Positions 48,801-61,864 of a stretch of DNA of 64,000 nt are shown in pieces. The notes beneath the pieces were generated by a model. The model did no database searches and was not told the origin of the DNA. It worked only from the letters and a program-made list of their open reading frames with translations. Positions within the stretch are counted from its first letter, which is position 1. Each line of letters begins with the position of its first letter. The translations under genes and the position numbers were made by a program. This DNA is from Takakia lepidozioides (lineage: Eukaryota; Plantae; Bryophyta): NCBI GenBank assembly GCA_030704615.1, contig CM060733.1, positions 4,712,001 through 4,776,000 on the forward strand, written 5' to 3'.

Positions 48801-51800
48801 CATTAGCCTCTAGCCCCCAAAGATCAAAGTATCTCTTCGCGCAATCAATCAACTCCTGGAGATTGGTTGGAGTCTCCCCTATGCCTGCGAAGTCATCCGC
48901 AAACATAAGGGCCGGTATGGTGGTATCACCCACCCTTAACCCAAATCCCTCACTTTCCACATCCTCGAGGAGTTTATTGATGAAAACATTGAAGAGCAGA
49001 GGGGAGAGAGTACATCCTTGAGCTACACCTTGGTCTATGTCAAAGAAGTTGGACTTCTGTCCGTTAACAGTGACACAGCTTTTGGTGTGAGCATACAAGT
49101 TGTGGACAACTCTCCACATCTTTCCCTTGATCCCACAAGACCAGAGGCGGAACCATAGGCCATCTCTCCACACTGTGTCATAAGCCTTTTTGACATCCAG
49201 GAAAAAGACATAAGTGGGTTTCCCTTCTTTTTTCCTTCCCTGGATAATCTGGCTTAGCGTGAAGATATGATCCACACAGCCCCTGTTTCGCCGAAAGCCA
49301 GCTTGGCCTTCGTGGAAACAACCTCTAGACTCCAGATCAACCTCGAGACGGGTACTTATAACTCTGCAGAATGTCTTGCCAACAGCATTGAGGAGCGTGA
49401 TGCCACGGTAGTTCCCTGGTTCTTCTCTGTCACCCTTCTTGTATAGATTGACAATGACCCCCTGTCGCCAGCGAAAGGGGATCATTTCAGTCTTCCAGAT
49501 AAGGTTAAAGAGGAGAACTAGGGCCTCTATCATGGGATCGCCACCGTGCTTGATAAGCTCGTTGACAATACCATCAGGTCCACCAGCTTTATATCCATTT
49601 AAATGTTCAATTGCTTCCACAATCTCAGAAGAACTAATGGGAACAGAGCGTGACTGAAGTTCTTGGAGTGATTGGACAAAATGAGGGAGAGCCTCTTGCA
49701 AGGCCTGGACGTACTCAGCCTTGACCTCCTCATTGTGGAATTTTTCTATGCGCCACTTCCGAATCGAACGTTTCACAGATCTCTTGGTGGTGGGAAACAC
49801 CTTTTGATCTCAGTCCAAACCAGGAAGTGGACACCGACAAGAGAAATGAAATGAAATGAAATGAAATGAAATGGTGCTTTATAACGGAGAAAGAAAGAAA
49901 GAAAGAGACTATAGTGTGTCAGCAAGGGCCTTGAGGGTCCAAGGGACAGAATACAGCAAAGAACCATGAAAGTAAAGGGTGTGGAGGGGAGTAGTACCAT
50001 GACACGACGCTCTTTCCGTATCGAGCTAGTGGTTCAATGACTCCCACACCTTGCCCCAAGCATGAGGGCGACCCCCAAAAGCCCATATCAAATCCTAGTG
50101 GCCTTGGCACATCCAACTCCAACCTGGCCCATCCTCGAAAGAGAAACCTTTGTCAGCCTTGCTATCTTGGAAAACCTGTGGGATCTCTCCATTTGGAAAA
50201 GCAGAATATAAAACGTTTCGAGTGCTAGAAACCCCAAACTTCATTCTATGTGCTTGACGTTTCCATTCCAGAAATACTTTAAGTTTGTACCAAAGGGTGC
50301 ACAGATTCACTGTTTTGAATCTAAGACAGGCAGGTGAATTGTTCTGAGAGCCTTGCAGATTTACTGTGAAGAGATTTGGACACTAGTGCCAGACATTTTT
50401 TGAGAAGTGTCTAGACCCCTATCCAAATGGAGAGAGCTGGATTGTCCGATGGAATTCTACTAAAACACTGCCGCACGTGGAACCAACCAAGAGTGCTCTG
50501 GAATTATTACATTGTATTCTGAGGTGTGCCAGTACAGGACTTGTGGTCAATGCAATTAGTTCAGATGAAAAGAAATGGAGTCCCTAAAGGCTGTGTATTG
50601 ATCCCACCACGGGAATATAAAAGTGAAACCAAAGCAACTTGCATGACACATGGCAAATATCCATAATTTACAGGTGGGGAAAGGAGACATACCCATCACA
50701 ATGTTTGAGGGCCCTTGAGAAGTTTTCATACCTTCAACCCAACATACCAGCTAAAGTCAGGTTTCCTAGCAGCAATTTATCACCTTGGGACAACCTCCAA
50801 AAAGCAATGGGAATAACTCATTACTTGAAACGGCCTGAAGAATTTCTCCACAAAAGCACATCTGCTAGAATAATATAGGTTACAAATCTTCCACATATCC
50901 TTTCTCCACAGCCAAATCCTCCTCTGCTTTGGTTATTCACTTGTCCCAAAGTTTGCATGGCATCCGTCACCAACATTTGTAACTTCCAACCTTTTGGTTC
51001 AGCACTGAAATGAGAACTTGGGACTCAAGAATGCATTGGAAGATTCTTCAACGTGCCATTCAATGCTCCTTAATGCCTTTCTTTTCTTTTACATATTTGC
51101 TACACATAGCTACAGTTATGTATTCTCCATAAGTGCGTTTACATCAGGACGGGTGCAGTAGAATTTGTGGAGCCATTCATCACATTGGCCTGTTTGTGCA
51201 GAACATAATGGCCATGGTGTACAAGTGAGAGTTTTTGGGAGTATCATCAGTGCCATGGAAAAAATACTAAAGACATCTTAAGACCTCAGTAATCAGCAAT
51301 TATTACAGCAGGCTAATTGACAGCTTACTTGACACTCCCTAGATTGTCAGGGTCTGCAAATTTCAGAAGTTTTTTGAATTCACCATCATCACAATAAAAT
51401 CCAAATTGTTCCAAACTGTAGCGGAAGGCATCGTAGGTCACCTGCCAGTCATCATACATATTGTCCATTGAGCTGATAACTCATACATGCTGCTGACTAG
51501 CAAAATGTCGAGGAGAGAGGGGGCATCAAATAAGTGTAAAAAGCAAGGCTCGTGTCTACAGTAGAAGATAGGAATTTATTTCCTATCTTTCTCTCTATGA
51601 GACAAGGCTATGGTACACCTGGATAACCTCGACTGTTTTGGTTGGACAGTGCTAACACATTCTTGTCGAAAACCATTTGAATATGAGCCTTCCGTTAAAT
51701 TAAATTGCTCGGGAGGTGTAAAAGAGGTCATCCTGAGAGCTCTTCCAATGTGGCCCTTGTCAATTAAACTCTACAATAGCGCTGTTTCTGACATTCGGCT

Positions 51801-54722
51801 CAGTCTTTATCTAGCAACTATCTCTAATGCACTCTGACCCTGTAGACTTTCTGAAATATCCTTCCTCTGAAATCTGCAGCAAAAGGGCCGGGGAGTGTTG
51901 CAAATAACAGCTTTCCTAACACACCCTGAGCTGACTAAAAACACATCAAGAGGATGTCCACTCAGAGCTAATACTTGCTTTAGATTGTAGAAATTAAGAG
52001 TACTCTAGATTGACCAAGATGCCGCTCACAATACTGCTACGTATTACTGGGTTGCTCGTCACATTTTAAATTTTACCAAGTCTAAGCCAAAGTCCATCAT
52101 GTGCCAGTCATAGGCTTTCCCGATGATTGCAATAAAGGGATAGAGTGCACTTCCTGCCTTCACAATCTGGTTGAGCATAAATACGTATTCAACAAATGAC
52201 CATTCATGCCTCCCTTTCGAGATGCATCACTAACTCTATGGTTGAGCTCTCAGCAAAATTATTTACCTACTGCACTCAACAATGTCATGCAACGACAGTT
52301 ACCAGGATCTCCCTCCTTGAACAGATTTATAATGATGCCAGGCAAGGTTGAACAAACATTTGGAGAAAGTGAATGAGCGAGAGAGACGCTGACCGAGTTT
52401 ACAGTGGGCTGAGGCTGGCCCCAATGTCTGCACATATTAGGCAGTTGCTCGGCCCTCCAGTACATCTGTCACAGCAACAGGAAGAATCAAGTACATGCAA
52501 ATGGCTTCACACAGCTGCATAATAGGGAGAGCCAAAGATTATGTTTGGTTTGACTTGTCTATGCCAGAGAAGACTGGTTCTTGGAACACCATAATGTGCA
52601 TACAATGGTTAGCAGGCTCATTTATCATAGATATTGAGAGTGCTAGAGGATATGCTCCTTTTGGTGCTAGCCATCAGGGTTGAATTGAAAACTGCAACTG
52701 ATAGTTGGCCTCCACCAAAGACCTACTTTGTTCCCAAAGACATAACCTGGAGAGGGAATGCTCCTTCATTTTGGAGAGAACGCGCTAGAACTGCAGCTGT
52801 ACAGAGGCAGGCAAAAAGAAAATGGTAAAAGCTGCCACAACATGAAAAGTAAACTTACATTGTCAAGTATCCTCTCAGCAACATTGCTCTTCTTCTTGTG
52901 CGGCGGAAGCTTTCTGAACTTCAGCCTCTTATACTCTGGTTCACGCAACATTTCACTGATATCATCCTTTGTGGAGCTTTCTTAATGACTTCCATTCCTA
53001 ACTTCATTGTTAGAACCACATAGACAAAAGGGTTGTGGGGATGGTTTAGTCCAATCCAAAGTTCCTTCCTACCAGTCAGAAAACATACTCATTTCTGGAG
53101 TCTCGACTGGCTCAGTGGGATACAAGGGCTCAAGGGGGTCTGATTCTCTAGCCCGTATGAAACCAATTTGCTTCTTTCCAATATTGATGTCGTACAGGTC
53201 GAGGTTATGACCCCAGTAAGTCCTCTTCCTCCTGCACATCAGGTCATTCAGACAAGAAACTGCACAAATGAATGCAGAGCTCACCAACACTAACCTTGTG
53301 TCATAACAGAAAATGCGGAATTCTAAAGGAGTTCAATTCGACATCATTTTGTCCGCTTTAGTGCTTGATATGGAGAGAGATGGAGTGGAGATAAACTCCT
53401 GAGAAAAGGGGTCCCTACAGCCAAGTCCAGATTTTTGGTTTGCTGCCTTTGATTTCCTCAACATGTTCCCCTGGCTGCAAACATCTGCATGGGTTCTTAT
53501 AAAGTGATTCTGCATGGGTTCCTGGGATGTCACTACAGTCCAGCATCATACTATACGTTCTGTTCGAAAACTTCTGTAGAAGAGAAACCAATCATCAATA
53601 TTCAAATCTTAGGATGACGACATCTCCTACTGTCTTTCCATAAATCTTTGAAAGCCATGAAGGGGCTTTTGTACTTTGAAGATCCACTTGATTTCAGATT
53701 AATCTGGATGAAAAGACTAGAAAACATTTCAAAATGGAAGAATTTCTCGCCCCAGGTTTCAGCTAAGGGTCTACTCTTCAAAGCTTTTGCTACATAGGTG
53801 ACCTATTCCCTCTCCAACAAAACAGCCAGCATATTATTAGCAAGTTTGCTGCTCAGAATGCATGGAGACTAGCATTAATTTTTGATGCATAATCAATGCT
53901 ACAGTAGAGGTTTACCTTTTCACCTGATGGTATAAGGTTTGGGCCACTCGGAAGTTGGTAGTCGGGATCCAGGGGGTTGGTATGGCGGTTGGTTTGCAGT
54001 GTGCACCTTTCCTTTGCTGACTTGAATTCAGGTTTAATTAACCATACTTCCGGATAGGGTTTGTTCAGACACTGCATAATTTCCCAAAAACAAGAAAACA
54101 AAACAACGTCAGAAGTCTTTCATCAAACCATACTAACTATTTTGAGTTATAATTTGCATATACGGAATTGTTTCTTGCATTAATCGAGAATGACAAATAT
54201 CCACAGTAATACTGACTTGGGTGTTCGGAGGGAAAATGTCATGCACGTAAGGTATTTGCCATCAGCTTTATAGGGAGACACCATTTCTGTGAGACATGTC
54301 TGGGGATGACAATGAGGTGAACACCAGAGACGACAATCATGAGGTTTGACCAAAATGCCCTCAGCTCACAAGTAATCCTGGTAATCCTGGTAATCCTGGT
54401 GAAGTTATCTACGAAAACAGCGGGAGAGGAGAACGAAGCTACATCGTCAGTCCAAGGAAGCAAAAACACCAAGAAAATATCAAACGAACAAAATTACCAT
54501 GGGGTCCTTTGGATCCTGTATCGACACATTTCCTTGTGCTCCTGCAATGTCCTCCGTCATAAGGTTCCTAGAAATGCAGGCGGGCGGACAAGGATAATAT
54601 TGCTCCAACGTCTCAAACGGGGCATGGTCCAACGTTGTATCATAATTTGGGGAAGCTCGGGGAAGGGGCTCACAGTGACTGACTTTTGCTGCTGGAAAAT
54701 CCATAGCTGGATATGATTTCAA
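42807..54722 (-). CDS. multi-exon uncharacterised repeat protein of the type seen in flagellated eukaryotes (model incomplete; may be degenerate)
   Basis: Exon-like segments with splice signals: 54540-54720 (NLMTEDIAGAQ), 53915-54070 (RHTNPLDPDYQLP), 53070-53233 (LDLYDIN...SDPLEPLY), 52860-52985, 45840-46040, 44450-44640, and a terminal EIEAVRGL* at 42807. Not all phases could be reconciled. Confidence 0.5.
43468..44375 (-). mobile_element. two tandem 5'-truncated 3' ends of the 47193-49830 LINE family
   Basis: TGTACTCATAA.ACGTTGTTTGCCGTAGCC at 43468 and 43752, as at 47194. The second copy encodes LKLRAGS...CRLCGQ...HLLHCP. Confidence 0.85.
46421..47045 (-). mobile_element. three tandem ~200-bp copies of a (CATTT)n-tailed retroposon 3' end
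   Basis: GAAATGAAATGGTGCTTTA...GAGCTTATGGGAC...GATTGTCTAAG...TAAGCTGCCA repeated from about 46421, 46626 and 46842. Partial copies at about 23635-23730 and 43350-43445. Confidence 0.7.
47751..47822 (+). ncRNA. tRNA-like cloverleaf / Pol III type-2 promoter in the 5' LTR
   Basis: Acceptor stem GGACGGG/CCCGACC, D arm GCTC/GAGC, T arm CTAGG-TTCAATC-CCTAG. A box 47758-47768, B box 47801-47811. Anticodon loop non-canonical. Confidence 0.85.
47971..48042 (+). ncRNA. tRNA-like cloverleaf in the 3' LTR
   Basis: Identical to 47751-47822 except C>T at 47974. Confidence 0.85.
52130..52345 (-). mobile_element. degenerate LINE RT remnant
   Basis: GIIINLFKEGDPGNCRCMTLLSAVGK parallels GVIVNLYKKGDREEPGNYRGITLLNAVGK of the 47193-49830 LINE. 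Confidence 0.65.
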
Positions 54723-55999
54723 CAGCTACAATGAAATTGCAGCCAAACTTATTCTGCGTAACTCAGCCGCACTCTGTCATCTTCTGTTCTAACTACTCAG
54801 ATTGCCTATTTCAGTCCTACGCTATCGTCCATTCGATCCCTCTGATGGACTGGACGTCCTACCGCTCGCCGTTTCCTCCCGTGGTGACAAACCAGAACAG
54901 AAAAAATGCACTTCCGGGTGAAATGTAACAACGAACGTTACAGCAACAATTATCACATCATACTTCGTCACGATCCATACTTTCAGTGTGCCAACTTTGC
55001 CCTGCATGCGTCAGAGAAGACGAGATTCTGTGTGCCTCTGTCAAGGAGGATATCATGAAAAGAAGTTGAATAATGGCATAGAACAAGATCCCCGCTGAGG
55101 CAATCACTCCGCCAATCTGAGGAGCTCATGTCAATCCAGGCAGGAAAGGCAGGAGCGAGCAAGACGAAGAAGAGCGCGCGCTTTTCTAGGTCAGACCGCT
55201 CCATTGAATATTCCCTGTCTGGCCAATACCACCTTCTGCCGGCGCCGATGCCGGCGGTTTCGGTTCAATCCCAGGATAAGGCCTGGCGGATGATAAGCTC
55301 GCTGCATCCATCCTTTCGACCTCCACTGTGGAGGTGTGCCCATGAGGATTTGCACACAGATTTTCTTTTTTTTTAATAAAATAAAATGTTGAATCCAGTT
55401 TGTAGCTACATGGAATACAAAGGTTATTTTCCCTTGTTTTCTTTCAATATGACATGAAGAAGGGCTTCTTCCCCCTTTTACTAATTTAAAAAATGAAAAT
55501 GAAAAGAGAGGAAGCTGTAATTCATAATGGCATTTCCGTCTATGCAATCAAAGAGTGTAGAAATATAGAAGGTCTATCAGCCTCCATGGCACTTTCCCAG
55601 AGGTCATTTTTTCCTCTTGTATGTCTCGGACATTTAAGTCCTTGTCTATAAAGTTTTGAGGCTACCGTCCCTCTTCTTTAAAACAAATATAAATAAATAA
55701 AAATTTGTACAGAATAAAAAGCATAGATTCTTATGTTCAGTCAAGGTCCACACTCCGCGTGATCCCACTGAGGACAATTGCCCCAACCAGAATGGAATTG
55801 CCTTGCCTTCTTGCATCAAAATGTCCACAACAGAGTCTAAGAGCGGTGAGAAGAGAGGGAGGATAGAGGGACTATTCCGCACTATCTAAGCAAGAGTGAA
55901 GACAAGTCGGCCGCATGGTGGATAAGGTAAGATTCATCATTGGTGATTTCGCAAAACATATCTCCCTAAAATTCAAGTGTGTAACTTCTGAATCATTTT

Positions 56000-56755
56000 A
56001 TGATGATGATTATTATTATTATTATTATTTAGAGAACAGGGGACGGTGCCCTGGAAAATTTATTAAGATTATTTGAAGGGGAAAAAGTAAAACCCCGGAG
56101 TACACCATCGAGGTACACACATTGTAAACAGTGAATGGGAGAACGGACCTCCATCGGTAGAAAGAAAAACTAGGATATAACACCCTAATCCGGTTACAAC
56201 CTCCGGGGACGGACTTAGACATGTGCTATAGCAACATACGGGAGCCTAAGAGCTGGAGTAGGATTCGGCAAGGAGAGTAGAGCCCTAGCAAGCTGTCGTG
56301 ATGATGACTATAGAGCAGCTGATCCTGATTTACTCTTGAGTTTCAACGGAACTTGAGCCTGGCAGCGGTCTTGATATGGCGCCAGTCCATATCTCTGTCA
56401 AATTCTGGGGATGCCATGGAGGGGCGTGCGGATGCCTCTCCAGGAGTCGGGCGGGGAGGTGGTCCAGATGCATTCGTCTGGTGTCAAGTTGTTGATGTAG
56501 AAATGCCCATGATGAGCCCAAGTTGATCGGAAATCTGCATGGATGGATGCGGTGAGCTGTGGCCTTCTTGTAATGTCTTTGCATAATTTTGACCATGCTT
56601 CTAGCAGCAATCTGTAGATCCCAGAAAATACTAGAGAGCAAAGCATATAAAGAAGTTGTTTCTCCAGAGAATAACCAAGAACAGCGCGCTTTCCATATAT
56701 GCCAAAGAGTAGAGGATCTGAGACATTCGATGGAGGGCTTTATTTTTGGATGAGG
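56000..56755 (-). mobile_element. L1-type LINE 3' end with (TAA)n tail
   Basis: LWHIWKARCSWLF motif typical of the L1 ORF2 C-terminus. TTA repeat at about 56010-56030. Confidence 0.75.
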
Positions 56756-57719
56756 TATCATAGTTTAGAAAATGTTCATGTTTTCACCTGTCTGATCATC
56801 TTTTTATTTTGCTTTTGTAAAACTTTGAACTCCTCTGTTGCTGTCGTTAAGCTTACCTCCAGGTTTTATTATGGTTCTTATTTTTGTATTGCTCCAATAA
56901 TTTTAAACAATAGAAAGCTGTCTATATCATATGGTTGGAGCTTGAGGTAGGACTTATCCTTGATGTCACATTCTACATTACATAGCTTCTACCAGCTCAT
57001 CAATGGGCATTGGTTTGAGATCAAAGCAATTATCAAATCAGGCCAGAGCGAAGTCTATTGATGAACATGTGCTGGAAGAAAGGTTGAGAATAATGTTGCA
57101 TGAGGTTTGAGTAACTCACACAGGTGTGGCTGAACTCCCGATGTACTGGTCAGCAGCTAAGCTGTACCCATCCCCAGTTTCAGCCATGTCTATAAACGTT
57201 CAGAGATGTGTTTGTCCATGATGCCAGTGGAAATCCAAGAATTCAAAATTTTGGCAATGGTGAGGCATTTTTTGTGTGCACGGTATAAGGACCCACAAGC
57301 CAAGAAGAAGTAGGGTGTATGCAAGGAGATCACAGATGGCGTCAGGTCAGTCTTCATCTCTGTAGAATCGTGTGCTTCAGCAGACCGTCACAGTCCAAAA
57401 TACCGGCGATTATTCATGAAGCTCAACATCATTACTTAGTTTGCTGCAAACACAACCTCGACTTCAATTTGCAGAGCAAAGGATCGTTTAGTCATATCTC
57501 AACAAACAATCCAAACCGAGCGCAATAAGAGAAAGTAAAGTTGCATGGTCGATAATACCACATGGTCGAAATGTATGTTTAGGGGTATCAATATTGCCAG
57601 GAAGCAATGGGGTTGTAGTTACAGGTGTAATTAGCTCCCAGGTGTTTAAAATTTAAAAACAAATTAAATAAAAAGGTGTAGTTAGCCGCTCGGAAGTCGT
57701 CCCTAGAATTTTTGGGCCA

Positions 57720-60120
57720 TGGAAACAATCTCAGGGGATCATTACGCTTCTTTACAAAAAGGGTGATCGAACAAACATCACCAACTACCGCTCCTCAACG
57801 TGACATACAAGATCACTGCCAAAGCCCTCTCCCTTAGGCTCCAGCCTCTATTCCCTGCCATCATCAGGCCAAATCAGACAGGTTTCATTAGAGGAAGGTA
57901 CATTATGGATAATCTTCTTCTGGCTCAAGAAATACCCCACTTCGCAACCCACTCGGACCAGGCCATAGCCCTGCTCCTTCTGGACTTCGAGAAAGCCTTT
58001 GACCGGGTCGAATGGTCCTTCCTTATTGGGGCTTTGACCAAAGTGGGTATCCCACAGTCATTCTATCAATGGGTCAAAATTCTTCTCCTAAACTCCAGTA
58101 GTAGAGTCATCATTAACGGCCGCCTCTCCCCCTCCTTCCCTCTCTATCGTTCGGTGAGACAGGGTTGCCCGCTAGCACCCTTCCTTTTCCTTTTCGTGGC
58201 GGACTCTCTAGGGTATATGTTACAAGCCAATCAGGATATCATAGGCCTTAGAATCTCCAACTATAATACCCAGCTACCTACGCAAATCAAAGACTTTATG
58301 TTTGTCGATGACACCTTCCTCATGCTCCAAGCCAACCCTTCAAACCTAGATATTGCTTCCTCTATACTGCAAACATTTTGTCTAGCCTCTGGTTTCAAAG
58401 TCAATTGGGCCAAAACATGCGCCATCCTAGTTGGAGACCTCTCTAAATCCCAGATAGGTACCAGCCCCTCTTGGGGCTCACAACTAGGCCTATATTCCTG
58501 GCTGCAACCAGGCCAGTCCACCACTTACTTGGGGTACACATTCGGTAATATAGATCTGTCCGATGAACAACATTTTGCTCCAACCCTTGCTAAGCTCAAA
58601 AGGAAGTTAACTTTTTGGGGCTCCAAGCATCTCTCCATCACAGGGAGGGCATTGGTAGTTAACCAAATTCTCTCGGCAGACATATGGTACTTCTCCTCCC
58701 CTTGGCGCCCTAACCCCACCCAAATCAAACAGGTCAGAGCCCTCCTCAGGAACTTCATTTGGGGAGCCCAATCTACTACCCAAGGCAGGATAAGACCACA
58801 AGTTTCTTGGAAACAAATTTGCCTCCCCAAAAAACTCGGGGGCTTGGGAGTCATTGACCCTGATACAGAGATTACGGCTTTACTAGGAAAATGGGTTCCA
58901 AGATTCTTTGGGCCTGAAGGAGGTTGGTGGAAATTCCTAGTGGCAGGGAACATCCTAGCCACCTCCCCCCTCCCCAACACTGCGTGGAAACCATCTCTCA
59001 GATGGGTGGTGCAAGGCTTTAAACACAAGCTTGTGGGATCACCTCTCTGGACCACTATCTGGCAGGCTTGGGCCAAGCTCAGGCCTTTCCTCAAGAAAGA
59101 AGATGCTCAATCATATGAGGAGACCATCCGTCAACAACAACAAAAACCTAGCCCCTCAACGAAGACAAGCTAAAAGTTGGTCCTTCTGGGACCACGCAGG
59201 CCTCTCCCAATTCAAAGACATTTGGAGCAACCATGCATTCTTGGAAACTGCATCTATATCCCAAACCATAGGTGGGAATAGGGCCTTTGCTGGGTATTCC
59301 TTGGTAAAGGCCTCTATCCCTGCCACCTGGTTATCAACCCTACAACCAGGGCCTTCTACTCCAAATTTCCACTTCTGGACTCTCGGCATTCAGAATCTCC
59401 ATAGCAAACTGACCATCTTTTTTATTCTCCAGAGAAACACTACCTCCCTCTCTTCCCTTTCACATCGACCAGGTTACAATGTTCCTGTCGCTCACTAGCT
59501 ACCAACCCTGTCAATTCCCCATTTTTCCACACACCCCTATTAGGATATGCTGTTGGTCCTCACCAACAAAAGAGATGAACCCTCAACCTGACCCTACGCT
59601 GCCCATCAACACCTGGCTGGCTAGCAACTCCTTCATTTGGATCCTAGGCAGGCCACTAGCGGAGCTACAATTCGACCCCAAAGAATGGGCTTGGTCTTTC
59701 TCTCGGTCCCCAGTTCCCTTCTTCTATATACCACTAAGAAAGCCTACAAATCCCTGGCCAACCACCTTCCCCTTAACACCAAATGGAAAGTTAAATGGCA
59801 ATCCTATGGTTTCAACAATGAAAATTGGCAAGCCATCTGGAGAAATATATGGAGCAAGAATAGACCAGCTAAGATCTCAGCATTCCTCTGGCAGATCGCT
59901 AACCGAGCTCTAAAAGTAGGGGAATGGCTTCAATTCCTGGAGGCTTTACTCTGCTCTTGCTGCCATGCTGGCATTTTAGAGACCTTGGAGCATTGCCTGC
60001 CACGCCCCAACAATGATCTGGCCAGTCGTTAAGGCTTTTTATAGAGACTGGGATCCTCAGCCATGGCCGATTCTAAGCCTGCTTGAGACCATAAAGAATT
60101 CCATTGCTTGCCACCCGCCG
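57720..60120 (+). mobile_element. L1-clade LINE ORF2 fragment (RT + zf-RVT), frameshifted
   Basis: QTGFIRGR, LLDFEKAFDRV, VRQGCPLAP, MFVDD, YLG, GGLG, KISAFLW and C..C...ETLEH. Confidence 0.92.
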
Positions 60121-61340
60121 ATAGTGACCCATGGCTCAATCATCATCAGCATTATCAAAATAGACTTGCAACACATTTCCATCCCCAAATGCATGCTGCA
60201 GTGGTGCGCTTCCACGTTCAAAGTATGGGCCCTCCTAGACCTCTCCAAACCACAGTTTAAGTGAAGCTGTACATACAAACCCATGCCGAACTCGCAGCAG
60301 ATCACATCAGTAAAGGGGTGGAGAGGTGGTGGAATTTCCAGCTATTCAAACCTGGAATGTGCAGTTGCCATTGCGATCAACACTGCAGTATAACATGAGG
60401 TGGTGGTCTTTTTTATTAGTCTAATCTCTCTGCACCACCACAATCACAAGCCATAGCAGGAACATTCATCCTGCCTGTGGGGACATTTCCATTTCATTGT
60501 GTCAATTTGGCCTTCTGGACCTCCTTGAAGTAGTAAATTTCTTCCTTCCATGCTATCTGTTTGGCACACACCTAAAACTGCAAATTCCTAGGAAAAGCTT
60601 ACAACATGTTTTAAGTTAAAAGTTCAGATAATCTCCATTCAAATGGTAGAAAAGCATTCCCACATGAGGGTAGGACAATAATAATGCCTCACAAGTCAGG
60701 TTAAAGGGTCCCACCGTCCTAAATCCAACCAACTGGAGATATGATAAACCCACAGAGTGAACAATCCCCTGTCCCCAATCTGAGATCCTGTGAGATTATT
60801 ACTTATTGCGAACTCACTATGACACACACACAAAAACAGTGACCCAAACTTATCGGGAAGCGATTGCTGCAAGGCACCAGATGCAACCCTGCTGACCCTC
60901 TGTTGTCCCCTACCGTCATTCCCCCAGACGCATACACACAAGCAGACAAAGACAAAAACCCATTGGCCATTGGGTATCGCGGGAAGGTGAAAGGTGGCCA
61001 CTGGGTCTTCTGTTGATTGCAATATGCTAGATTGTTGATGATTTCATCATGGAAAAGAGAAGGTCCAAGAGATAGAGAGGGTTGATGATTCTACATGGCA
61101 GCACCTGCGCCGCGTGGTGGCCGTCGAGTAGTCTCTACTTGCGTACAACCCCATCTGTGACCTATTTCCATCCTACGACTGTGATCAGAAATATTTTAAT
61201 GCTAAGTTTCTTGGGCCCACGGAAAAGAGTTGGGTCTCCATCTCAGGAGCGTTCCTTTTGTTCGGATGGGCCCAAGAACTTGGCGCCATAAATCATGCCA
61301 TCTAGGCAGAAATGTCATTTTCTTGGTCTTGGGCCCGGAC

Positions 61341-61685
61341 TAGTGTTGGGCGGATAGAGAGTCATCAGGATATCAATAGTAGGATATCAATGTATCCGGA
61401 TCCAGATCCGGCAACTATTTGATATCCGGCTATTATTTTTTTCCGGCGGATATATAAAACGGAGGATCCGGATGGGATCCTACCCGCCGGATATAAAAAA
61501 GTTTAATAACATCTGGATATGTAGCCAAAATACCGGATCTCAACCGGATATAAGATTATGCATAACCGGCGGATATTAGAACTGAAAATTATTCTAATAT
61601 GCGGATCCGCATGATATATCATTCTCTAATTTGTCAAGTATCCGGACCCGGCGGATATTTAAGAAAAACTAACCGCCCAACACTG
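61341..61685. mobile_element. hAT-family MITE
   Basis: TIRs TAGTGTTGGGCGGATAG and CTAACCGCCCAACACTG. Perfect 8-bp TSD GCCCGGAC (61333-61340, 61686-61693). Many internal CCGGAT/ATCCGG motifs. Confidence 0.92.
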
Positions 61686-61864
61686 GCCCGGACCCTCGTG
61701 TAAACCACTTGGGCCTGATTTGAGGCTCTTGACCAATAGGATTTCTTGTTTCTAGATTGGTCTTGGGCCCGGGCCCTCGTGTAAACCGGCCCTAACAGTG
61801 CGGAGCAACGCGTAGCCCTAGTTTTGTAAATTTAACTTGAAGGCTCACCACAGTCAATAGTGCA

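Larger units (their letters stand above)
47193..49830 (-). mobile_element. 5'-truncated non-L1 LINE (RTEX/CR1-like) with RT and C-terminal CCHC, interrupted by a TRIM
   Basis: RT motifs NYRGITLL, QAGFR, FLDVKKAYD, QGCTLSPLLF and MFADD. C-terminal CPLC...H...C. 14-bp TSD ACACCGACAAGAGA at 47179-47192 and 49831-49844. Confidence 0.92.

Noticed and set aside
50120-51450. Possible old L1 remnants (also about 30600-31300 and 44880-45760)
   Set aside because: Only faint motif traces; boundaries and identity cannot be supported without a search.
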